Below, one piece after another: positions 10,401 to 21,800 of a stretch of 64,000 nt of DNA. Below the pieces are notes generated by a model. The model saw only the letters and a list, made by a program, of their open reading frames with translations, did no database searches and was not told the origin of the DNA. The translations under genes were made by a program, and so were the position numbers. Position 1 is the first letter of the stretch. Each line of letters opens with the position of its first letter. Source of the stretch: Caecitellus pseudoparvulus (Eukaryota > Protista > Bigyra: Bicosoecida); assembly GCA_965644315.1 (NCBI GenBank), contig CBFFRQ010000088.1:179834-243833 (forward strand). Direction: 5' to 3'.

Positions 10401-12597
10401 TTACTCCACGTGGGCCACGATGCGCCCGAAGAGGTACAGCGCCGAGGCGACGAGGGTGTACAGTTTGGCGATGAGGCCGAAGGAGATGGGCACGCCCAGC
10501 ACCCTGGCCCGCATGTTGGAGGTGGCCACAGTGTTGGCCAGCCCGTCGCACAGCGTCAGCTCCTGCAGCAGCAGCAGGCGGCCACTGTCGGAGCAGGCGG
10601 CGTTGAGCAGTCGCAGCGCGCGCAGCACTCGCAGTCGGCGGAGGTTGTTGGCGTGCAGGAGCAGGTCCGTCATGGACGCGACGAGGGAGGCGCAGACAAG
10701 AATGGCGGGCAGCATGACGAGGAAGTCGACGAGGCTGACAGCCATGATGACGGTGTCCACGCGCCCGTTCACGACCGCCTCGAAGAACGTCACGATGGCT
10801 TCGAAGAAGAGCGTGATGACGGGCAGCGTGGCGGCGATGCCCCACGTCCGGTTCAGGCTCTGGATGCGGCGCAGGATGAGCACCGTGAGCCACGTCGCGT
10901 CGGCGACCTTGCACCGGTTCGCACGCAGGCTGGCGGCCACCCCCGACAGCAGCTCGCACAGCATGATGCAATGCAGACTGTACGCCAGGCTCGTTAGCGT
11001 GGGCAGGCCCGTGAAGGCGAAGGAGGCGAAGGGGTACAACTCCACTGGCAGCGGCGTGTGCACTGCGACCCAGGCCTGCGGCACTGTGCGCATGTCTGTC
11101 GTGACGCGGAAGGTGATGTTGCCGACGGCCAGTACGACCACCACCACACGCATGGCGAGCCAGGTGCTGCGGTTGACGATGGGCCTGCGCAGGGCGGGGT
11201 GGGGAGGGCGGTGAGTGTGAGGGGGGGGCGTAGGGCGGAAGAACATGGCGTACTCACGCCGCTTGGGAGGGGTCCTCCACACTCTGCACGAGGCCGTCAG
11301 GCGTCACGTCTGCGTGGGAAGGCACCGTGCCCAGCTCCAGCTCCACCTCCTCCAGGCCTCTGGACACGGACCGCCGGCGGTCAAGGGAGTCGTACACCGC
11401 CTTGTGGTGGGAATCTGACAAGCCTGACGTCGCCCGCGACAGGGGTGCGTGGCGTGCCTCGGGGGTGGAGGCGCTGGGTCCGCTCTGTACCCGTGAGCGA
11501 AGGGGCGATCCACCCCGCTGTGTCTCGGGTGAAGCTTGCTCCATGTGCCGTGCCAGGGAGGTGCGCAAGGCGTGGTGCTGCGTCATGGAGGGGGTGAGGT
11601 CCCCGGCAAGCGGGTGGCGGGGCGCCAGCGGCCTCGGCTGCAGCAGCGGCGCAGACATGCCCGAGTTGATGCTGCGGGGGGCTGACCGGGCAGAGGGGGA
11701 GTGCTGTCCCACTTGCTGCTGGCTCGCTCGTTGTTCCTCGTCCCCAGACAGCAGGCGCTGGGACGGGACGTCTTGCACCCGCAACCCACAGCACTGGGGC
11801 GTTGTCCACAGCGCAATGGGCGCCACGACAGCGTACAGACGGGCGTACTTGAACTCCTCCATGGCGGCAGCGCCAGAGAAGTGGTGCCAGAGGAAGTACA
11901 GCGCGATGAGCGTGGCGGCAGTGGAGCCGACGAGCAGATCAGCCAGCAGCGCCCCGTGCAGCTTGCTCTTGGTGAAGGGCGTGTGCTGCCAGAAGAAGTA
12001 GAAGACGCTCAGCCACAGGCAGACGACAGACAGCAGCCAGAGGATGGAGACGAGGATGGCCCAGTACGTCAGCTGGTACACGCTGCCTGCCTTGCCGCCC
12101 CGCCCTCTGCCGTGGCGCTCACACGTCGTGCACAGGCCCATCCACGAGGGCAGGTCGGCGGCCTCGTCCGCGTGGCGACTGCGCAGGGCCAGGGCACTTG
12201 CCGACGCATGCCTGGAATCCGCGCCTGCCAGCATGAGCCCCAGAAGCACTTGGGTCTGCACGGCGTAGTCGGCCTCCAGAAACCAAGCTCCGGCGCGCGG
12301 GTGCACGCAGCAGCATGGCGCAAGCACAGATTCCTTGCCTGCTTCCTCAGAATCGTCCCACTGCGCCTCCAGCTCGTCGTCTCGCATGGTCAGGGAAGTG
12401 GCTGCTCGGAGGGAGGGCGCTGCTGCCCGGGCAGGCGAGGGGGCACCCACATCACCTGCCTGTCTCGACGGGCTGTCTGCTGCACTGCCTCGATCCCGGC
12501 TGCCACGCTGGCCTTTGCCCCTTCGCACACCCCAACCGCGTTCAAGGCCGCCATCTCGAGGCCATGAGAGCGTTGGATCACTGGACAACCCTTCCAT
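10401..12597 (-). CDS. Multi-pass membrane protein, candidate insect gustatory/odorant-receptor-like 7TM ion channel (GRL/7TMIC); intron at 11185-11257; start may be ATG 12387
   Basis: A 73-nt GT-AG intron joins ORFs 11254..12597 and 10401..11282 in frame. About seven hydrophobic helices, 'RRIQSLNRTWG' before TM5, and a C-terminal split helix 'RARVLGVPISFGLIAKLYTLVASALYLF' resembling TM7a/7b. Confidence 0.55.
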
Positions 12598-12869
12598 CCA
12601 AGGGTTGGATCTTCTGAAGCGCCCCCACCTGCAGTGCTGAGCTCAAGGTCCTCTGCAGCCCTGCGGAAATTCGTCCACAAGCGACTCAGACCACGCCTTG
12701 ACGAAGTGTGGGCGGGCGCAGTTCCCGAGCTTAAACACCGAAAAGAAGCACAAAAATTACAATCCACCGCCGTGATGTACTCGCGAGGCGTGCATTTTTG
12801 CCATGTGTGGTGTATTTGCGAAAGAAGCCAGGTCTGCGCAGTGAGTTCGCTGGCGAAGCATGTGCCCTG

Positions 12870-15800
12870 ATGGCTGCTGTCCCTGGTGCTGCTGAGGCGT
12901 CCTCTGGAGCGGGAGGCGCGGCCTGTGAAACTGTAGGTGACATCCTGATCAGCTCCAGGGACTGCTGGGACGACCTGGTCTCGTGGTGCATGCGGGCCCC
13001 CTTTAGCTGCACGCCACACCACGTCGGCATCTGGGCGAGCAGCGCACCTGCAGCACAGCAGCTGCGGCATGACATCGCACCAGCCTGCTCAAGCAGCACG
13101 ACTGCAGCTAGAGATGTCAACCAAGGTGTATCCATTTCATTCCACTGCCTTTCTGGCAGTGGCACGTGGGGACAGCCAGTGGTGGAGGTGGTTGCGGAAT
13201 ATGGTGCTGCGACAGACGCGCCGAAGACCTTGGAAGCTGCGCCTGCCCAGAGCGCCCTACGGCCAGCACAACTTGGGAGCGCCCTACCACTTCAGCCAGG
13301 AGTGTCCCAGCCTGACACCTATCGTGTACACCACGTTGCAGTGGAGGTGGAGGACTTGCAAGCCTGTGTCTCTGCGCTGCTGGCTCAGCACGCTGCAGGA
13401 TGCGTCCTGCTCAGACCAGACCCCGCATGGTCGGAGGGTGCACACCACAAGAGGAGCTTCGCCCCTCTCCAGCAGGGCTTCCCCGCAAAGCACTTTGACT
13501 CCATTCCGCTCCCCGCACCGGTGCTGGCCAGCTTCCACTCTCAGCGAGCGAAGGATCCAAGCACCGCCCTTGCGTGCTACGTCGTCTTCCTGCAGGTCCC
13601 GGGCGTGGGCCTGTTGGAGCTAGTGCAGGCCAGCCGAGTCCACACACTGCCTTCACTTCGCATGCCCCCAGCTGAGGCTGTCGACGTCATGCTGCGCAGC
13701 TCTGCGAGTGCACCTTGCAGGCGGATCGTGGCAGGCACGGTGGAGGTGGCCGCCGTTGCGCGGGCCTTGGAGCAGTTGGCGCCCCCACAACACGGAAGCG
13801 TCGTGCACGTGCAAAGTGCATCGACTACCTCCTGGTTTTTGGCTGATGCGCCTGCTGCAGGCAGCTGCTCTGTCGCGCTCGTCTTCACTGACGGCACGCC
13901 GAGGGCAGCCGCGCTAACGCAGGCTGTGCAAGAGTGGACCGCAGCCTCGCGCAGCAGAGGAGCAGCAGCCCATGCCATGCTGGTAGAGTGTGCAGGGCCA
14001 GCTATTGCGAGCTCCGAAGACCCCGGCTTGCACCTGCGCCCCCTCTCAGACGGTGTCAGCCGCACGCACTGGTCTGCCATCGCACACTCTGCCGGCATGC
14101 GCTCAAGCTGTGTCTTCAACCATGACGCGGACACACACACAGCACTTCCATTTTCTCCAGAGTTCAGCCAGACTGCCGCACTGTGGGCCTTGCGCGCCAG
14201 CTCAGCTGTCACGTCTCGCTCTGCCTCGCGGCTGAAGGTGGTGGCAGTGGACGCAGACAACACACTGTGGCAAGGGGCCCTCGCTGACTGCGACGCACCA
14301 GCTTTTTCTGGACTTGCTTTGGCTCCGCAGCATGTGGCCCTTCAGCGAACTCTGCTCAGTTTGCGGGACAGTGGCGTGCTGCTTGTGCTCGTCACGAAGA
14401 ACAACTTGGCCGATGTGAGCGCCTTGTTCGACGCCGTGGGGAAGCCGCACACCTGCCCCCCCAAGCTACAAGGCATGTCTCTGCACCTTGAGCACTTTGT
14501 CTTGATCAAGGCTTCGTGGGCGGACAAGGGCCAGGGGCTGGCGGACGCGCTCGCACAGCTGGGCCAGGCCCCTGCGAACACAGTGTTCATCGATGACTCC
14601 CCTGTTGAAATCGCATCCGTGAATAGCAGCTTACCGGGAGTGTCAAGCGTGCTCTGGCCACAGGACACAGGGACAGCTATGCAAGTGCTGAGCCACTTGT
14701 GGTTCCTGGACTGTCCGCCACCCCTCGGCTCGGATGCGGCCCCGCAGCGTCGGCAAGCTGCGTACGCTGCAGCAGCCCAGCACCGCAAAGAAGTTGGGAA
14801 GGTAATGAAGTCAGGACCGTCTGATGCGGTTCAGACTCGTCTGGCTGCGTTCTTTGTCGCCTTGCAACCACGCGTTCGCGTCTCTGCAGAGGCTAGCAGC
14901 GCGGTCTTGAAGAGGGCAGCGCAACTGTTCAGCAGAGCAAACCAGTTCTTGAGTGACAAACGTCACATTTCTGTGCAGTTTCTTGAGGACAAGATTTCGT
15001 CTGGCTACCGCCTTCATTCCGCGGGGCTTTCGGATCGTTTCGGCGACGTGGGAGAGCACGTTGCCTTTGTGCTGACGGGCCTGCGACTAGGAGGAGTTGC
15101 TGCGGTGGAGCTCTTCGTGCTCTCATGCCGTGCGATGGGGCGAGGAGTGGAGTACGCGCTATTGTCCCACGTAGCACGGTGTTTTGAGACCCACGCGAGC
15201 AAGGTTGTCTTGCATGGGCAGGCCTCTGGCCGGAACGTTCCGTTCTTGGACTTCCTCCGCGCGCTCGCCAGCAGGGTGCCCGCATCGTCGCTCGACGAGC
15301 AGGCCTCGGGGACGCTTGCACTGGAGATGCCTGCCGCAGCACTCGCGGACTTTGTCTACACCGGTGCCATGTATGCGGAAGACATGCAGCAAGGCGTGGG
15401 GCAAGGTAATCAGCTGACTGCAGCGGATGAGTCAGCGCCCAGACCCTCCGCAGCGCACGTCAACCAAGCAGCGATGTCCCTTGCTCCCCGAAAGCACGCG
15501 GCTTATGCAGTCTGCCTGCCGGATGTAGCCTTTTACCTGCGAGGCTCCCACGTCTCACTTGGCAACTGCCTCCCAGTGGAGGTGCTGAATGTGGCAGAGG
15601 CCAGGTTTGTGTGGGCGGAGGTCTGCCGAGCCCCACCACCATCGGCGCTCCATGAAGTGCAGGACGTGCCATACTCTGCTGTGCTTTCCCGCCTCCCTAC
15701 CGGTGCAGTGGTGTGGGATGTGGGAGCCAACATTGGGCTCTTCACCCTAGCCTGCATGGCTGCAAGTGACGCACCCCGAATCACGGCGGTTGAGCCATTG

Positions 15801-18800
15801 CCTGAAGCCTTCCGGGCTCTCCTGCAGAATACCAAGTGCTGGAAGGAGGTGCTTGATTTTCAAGGTGCTTTGACTGTCTTCGAATGCGCAGCACTGTCTC
15901 AGGAGCGAGCGGGCCCCACAGTTTCGCAAGTGTCCTTCGTGAAACAAGCCACCGCAAGCATTCTGAGCCATGTCCAAGGGCATTCCACTGGCGACGAAGC
16001 TGACGTCGCTGCTGAGTGGATGGGGGCCCAGCTTGGGCCAGCTGCTTCACATGACGCCCACGCAGTCGCAGCGCAGTCTCTTGAACGGACGTCGCTGCTT
16101 CAGGTGCCAGCAAGCAGCCTGTCCTTCCTCTGGCACCTGGCCGGTCGCCCTGACCTGACGTTGCTCAAGGTGGACGTGGAAGGGAGTGAAGCGGAAGCAC
16201 TGCGCGGATGTTCGGCAGAGATGCTGGAGCACACGCAGGTGATCATTGTTGAGGTGCACTTTGCAGGTGTTGCGCGTGACGACCGCTTCAAAGCCATCGC
16301 CGCAAATCTTCGAGCGGCAGGCTTTCTGCTTGCTTCAGCTGAACCTCAGCCACCCTTTTCTCGGCGTCTCTGCTGTGTATTTGCAAAGCTTCATGCCGTC
16401 TGGTTGTGGGACCAGCCTCGTGTGTGGCATGCTCACAGTGCGCGCGCTGTGGCTGCCAAGGCTTGCGTATCAAGCAGCGCCCCGCAGAGAGGTACGCCAC
16501 CAAGGCAGCGCGTGCCGGGGAGTCCAAGCGAGCAGCTGATGCTGGAGGCATGGGGGGCCGCCCTTGCAAACTCCCTCTCAGCTTCTCACGCCAGCGACTG
16601 GAGCCGAAGCACCTTCGTTGAGGCGGGTGGTGACAGCTTGTGCTTGGTGCAGCTTTTGAGCGAGGCACGCCTTCGAGGCATGGCGCTGGACATTTCACAT
16701 GACCTCATGCATATGACCCCAGCGCAGATGGTGGCCAGCTGCGGCCAACGCAGTGAGGAAGTCGTGGTTGTGCGACCACCTATGCAGGCGGCTGTGCGCG
16801 AATCTGCACGTGGCGACGCAGCCTGGCGCAGTCGCATTCTTGTGCTTGGACCGTTGGCGCCATACGAACTCCACATGCAGAAATTGGTGCGAGCGAGTGT
16901 GCGCTCTGACGCGTGCCCTCTGATGCAGACAGCCCTTTTGTGTTTCGTGCATGAGCTGTCAAGGCAAACAAGCACAGTGTGCAATCTCGACGAGGGAGCT
17001 CTCCTGCTGCACTTGTGTGGAGGGGATCGTGCACTTCTCCAGCAGCTGGACGGCGTGCTCCAGCATGGTGGACCCCCCCCTGAGCTGGATGCAGCAAGAA
17101 CCATTCCAGAGGGCGTCCGCCTTGGCGCTGTCGTCATGCTGCACCTTCTCGGAGCTGCGCGCCTTGTACACGATAGCCAGGGCGAGATCCGCAGCGTCGG
17201 GCACTGCATCGGCACTTTGACTGAGCTGGCCTTGGAATACTCCAAGACCAACTACAGCTTCACTAGATTTTTAGCAGCTGGCCAGGCGTCCATTGCTGCC
17301 GCAGTGCACTTCGGCGCAGCAATGGACGCTGTGCATGGCGCGCGGAGTGACGGGCTGAGCAGGCACGCGCCGTTGGCGCACACCCCGCTGACGTCTAGCT
17401 GCAGGGTAGGTGACGGTGGTCCTGAGGTCTTTACTCAAAGTGCAGTGCATGCCCAGGGCGCCCACCTAGCCGGCCGCACCGGACCGCTGTCCTTGACCCT
17501 CGTGGCCACCGCTGCGGCCGATGCGTTTCCTTCTGGCGCCGGCCTCCAAGCTCTGCACCACGGCTATCACACGCCAACAAACGTCGGCGTCATGAGGAAG
17601 TATGTGTCAACGTATGCTTTTTCTGGCGCTCAGCACATTCTTCCTGCGGATGCCTTGGAGTGTTGCGTTCGGCGCCTGGCGTACAGCCCGTTTGACTTCA
17701 TGAAACGCCTGCAAGCGACCCTTGACTCTGTGAAGGGAAGCGCACCGATCATCCAAGAAATGGGACCGCTTGACTACGCCTGTTCGCCGATCTTTACACC
17801 AAGCCTGTTGCTTGGATTCTTGCAGGGTCAGGAGTGCACAAGACACGCTTGGGTTCGAGGACCATTCGCCGACGACCAAGAGCAGTCAGTGCTTGTGCCA
17901 GTCGCGATGTGCGCAAGTGTGAAACGTGTCCAAGTGCGATCATCTGCGACCCAGGAGCATGTTAGTGCCGCTGAGGTTGGGCCTCTCGCGCTCACAGTAG
18001 CTGAAGCTGCACTTGAGCTTCTTACAGACGTCTCAGCTGGCTCCACTGTCTCAGCCCCTGCCCAGCTTGAAACCACGCGGCTCCGCACAACTTGGTGGGA
18101 GATGGGCTTTTCATCCCAAGACATGCCTCTGCTTCTTCAGCGCTTGCGCCAGTTGCGAGACATGCCATGCATGCACCAGTTGGCGTTGGGCGACTTGATA
18201 CAGTGGCCCACTCCTGAGCTTCTTGCAAAACACGCACTGGAAGCGAGCCCACCGCCAACAGACTCACCGCTTGTATCTCCCCCCCAGGACATTCGGGCAC
18301 CATCTGTGAGTGGAGTGTCTCTTTCAGGGTGCGGCGTGCGGATCGGGGGCTTGCGGCACCTGAAGGAGCTTTGGTCAGATGCCACCTGGCGAGGAGCTGC
18401 CGCAGCCTTGATTGCACCAGAGGATGTCAAGGGTGTTTTTGGACTGTCTTCTCCGAGCAAGGACTTCATGGACCCTCAGCAGGTCCTAGCCCTTGCTGCT
18501 GTCCAAGATGCGCTGTCCGAGTCCGGGCTATGTGCTCGCGTCGATCCCGAGCGCGTGGGCGTGTGGGTGGGGGTACAAGCGAGTGACTGGAAGCGTGCAC
18601 GGCAGCCCCGAGGGGGTGGCATGCACGGGATCTTGGGAAGCACGCCGTCTGCGATCGCCAGTCGAGTGTGTACGGTGTTCAGCTTCGGTGGCCCCGCAGT
18701 GGCTGTGGATGCTGCGTGTGGAAGCTCCAGTTCGGCGCTAGAAGCAGCCCTGAATGCGATGCACATGAACTGTGTTGACGCTGCTGTCGTCATTGGGACG

Positions 18801-21800
18801 CAGGTCAATTTGGCAGCCGATGCTGAGCGAGAGCTGGCCGAGGTTGGCGTCCTGAGTGCCACGCAAACCACCCCCTTCGCGTTCCTCCAGGATGCCGAAG
18901 GACGCGGCGGCTTCGTCCGTCGACAAGCTGTGGTAGCGCTGGTGCTGGAACGGGGGAAGCGGTCTGTGATCGAATTAGCTTGCGCAGCTTCCGGCTTCGT
19001 CGGCCAAACTGGTGCCATGCACGTCGTGGATGCAGACAGGTACGCTGCGGTTGTGCGCCGAGCTCACCAACGAGCAGGCATTCAAGCGGGCGATGTTGCT
19101 CATGTGGAAGCACATGCAACTGGAACATCTGTTGGCGACGCATCTGAACTTCGGGGGCTGAGTTCCGTTTTCCCTGACGCACGCCCAAGCGTCGCTTCGT
19201 CCAAGGGTCTGTTGGGACACACTGAGGCCTGTTCTGGTGCGCTCAGCCTCGCCTTTGCCAGGGAGTGCATGCTACACGACTTGCCCCCGCACATGGAAGT
19301 GCTAAGGTCCCGTGCTTGGAAGCTTGGTCCCCAGCCGTGTACAACTGCAGCGAGCGGCCCCCCACAAGTCGTCGGCGTCTCCAACGTTGGTTTGACGGGG
19401 ACCATGACACACATCATCCTGAAGCGGCGCACTGCAGCACTTGGCAACGCTGATACAACGGCCCATGTGCTGCCTTTGGGGTGCCCAGCGGGCTGTGCAC
19501 TGGGAGGCGTTTTGCGTCAAGCGCGTGACGTGCTGTGCAGCACGGGGAATGTGCAGCCCTTGACTGAATTGGTAACTGCAGCTTGGCAGCGATGGTGCAC
19601 CACGTGCGCGACAGCCACCTGCATTTTTTCAAGCACCCATGCTCTGACAGTAGACGCAATTGTTTCAGGCTTGGAGGTCGTCATGGATGCGCTGCCTGGG
19701 TCAAGGAGCGGCGCTGCCAAGCAGCAAGGCGTGCAGTGTCTGTGGCGGACACAGGCACCATCACGCGCCATCGTGCACGTTCAGTGGGCCCCTCCACACT
19801 CTGGGCTCCACGTCTCGAACAACTGGAACTCCATCATGCAAGGCGGTGTCTTGGAACTGCTCTCCGCACTTGCTCGAGTGATGTCCAGGCTTGAGAGCGA
19901 CACGCAGGGGGATGCGACCGCTCTGCGGCAGCTCGCTGTGGATTGTGCCACCACCCTCCACGCACATGCCGTCCCACTTACTGAGCTCATCGTCGACCTG
20001 CTCCAGTGCTCATGCAGTGTTCCGTCCAGTCAGTGCCCTTTTGGCCCCGCGTTCCTCGGCGTTGGGCCAGGCGCACGCTCACTGCCGCTACACTTGCATG
20101 CTTCTAGTCGCCTTGCACTGCTCGCTGCGATGTTCGCCGTGGCTCTTGACATGAGCGATTTCCCTCTGTCAAGCCTTGCGGATGCTTTGGTGTGCGAGTT
20201 GCTCGCATCGTTTAGCTCGGGCGAGTCAGTGCGGACTGTAGTGCAAGCCGCGTTGGAGGAGTCTTTGCAAGCCACGCAGGAGGCGTGGATGCAGCCTGAG
20301 AAGTGGCAGCAGCCGGTGACATTCTCATTCAGTCCAAGACAGCAGCAGACGTCACATGATGCATCGGACGCGTGGGAAGAACTTGTTGCGCGTTTGGCAG
20401 CTCAAGGACCCCGAGGGAGGCCATCGGAGCCAGGCCGTGATCTATTGGTGTCCCCTGGGGGTTGGCGGGTTTTCGCAGGTGAAGAAGCAGTCCCTGTCCC
20501 TTTCCCTGCAGCTGCAGCTTGGGTGGGCCTCTGCCCTGCGAGCTGTGCAACGAAAGCAGCGGCCCCAGTGCCCGGGTTTCCACCCGTCCCAGCTTGGCCA
20601 TCTGTTGAGCTTGCGCACCCCGTCCGACCGCTGCACCTTTCGGAGCGCCTCCCTCGGGATACATTGGTCACTAGCTCTGGCATGGACACAACCCTGGCAT
20701 TGCAAGTGGCCAGAGCGGCGTTTATCGGCGTTTGTGGAGGCGGAGCGGACTCGGTAGCAAGGGTCGAGGAGGTGCTGGGTGCGACCCACACTCCATACGT
20801 TGAAGCGCTCGGTTGGGACAGTCTCCAGTGCAGCATGCTCCCAGGAACACTTGAGTTGGAGCAAGACAAGCTAGGGCACATGGCCGCACCCGTACAGGTG
20901 CCCCCCACCATTGCATTTGACGCCCCCACTGTTCATGAGCTGATCATGGTTCTGTCAGGCAGCGCACAGCAGAGCCTTGGCCAGCAGGTGCCAAGGTCCC
21001 TGAGCCCCTCCATAGGCCTGACAGCTGTCGGGATCAGCGGGCTTGCTCTTCGACTTGGTGCAGGCACCAACAAACTGTCTGACTTCGCTTCCCGCATTCG
21101 CAATGGTCAGGCTATTGCTTCATCTGCCACCCTGCCCCAGTGGAAGCTTCGTTGCATGGGACAGGCGGCGGTGGACGGGCTAGTACCTTGCATCTCCTTG
21201 TGTGACAGTGATGTGCAGCCGCTGGTCACATCACAGCCGTTCATAGATCCACACCACAGCATCATGCAGCGTGTCGCGCAGGAGGCATTGGAAGATGGTG
21301 GCTTGTGGAGCGGTGTGTCCGGCTGGTCGCAGGGAGTCGACCCACGCAGAGTCGGCTGCGTGATTGGCTGCACAAACAGCGACTTTGTGCGGACGGCGGT
21401 GGTTCAATCTGATCACTCGGCCCCCCCTTCATTTGCAAGTGGCTCCCAGCGTGCCATGATCGCAGGCAAAGTGCAGCGCGCGTTCGGCTGTGGCGGCCCC
21501 GCCATGGTGGTGGACACAGCGTGCTCCTCTGGATTGGTGGCGCTGTCCCTTGCGCTGCGAATGATTCAGCAGGATGAAGCCGACTTTGTCATAGTGGGCG
21601 CAGTGAACCTTGTCCTAGCAGCCGCTGTCTCTTCTGCGCTTGTGGGCATGCGGGTACTTTCTTCCACTGGTGCCTGCCGAACCTTGGAGGCGGACGCAGA
21701 CGGCTACACACGTGCTGACGGCTGCGTGGCGATGGTTCTCGCACGAGCTGATGCTGGCCCTCAGTATGCGCTGGTAGACTCTGTCCACCTGAATCACAAT

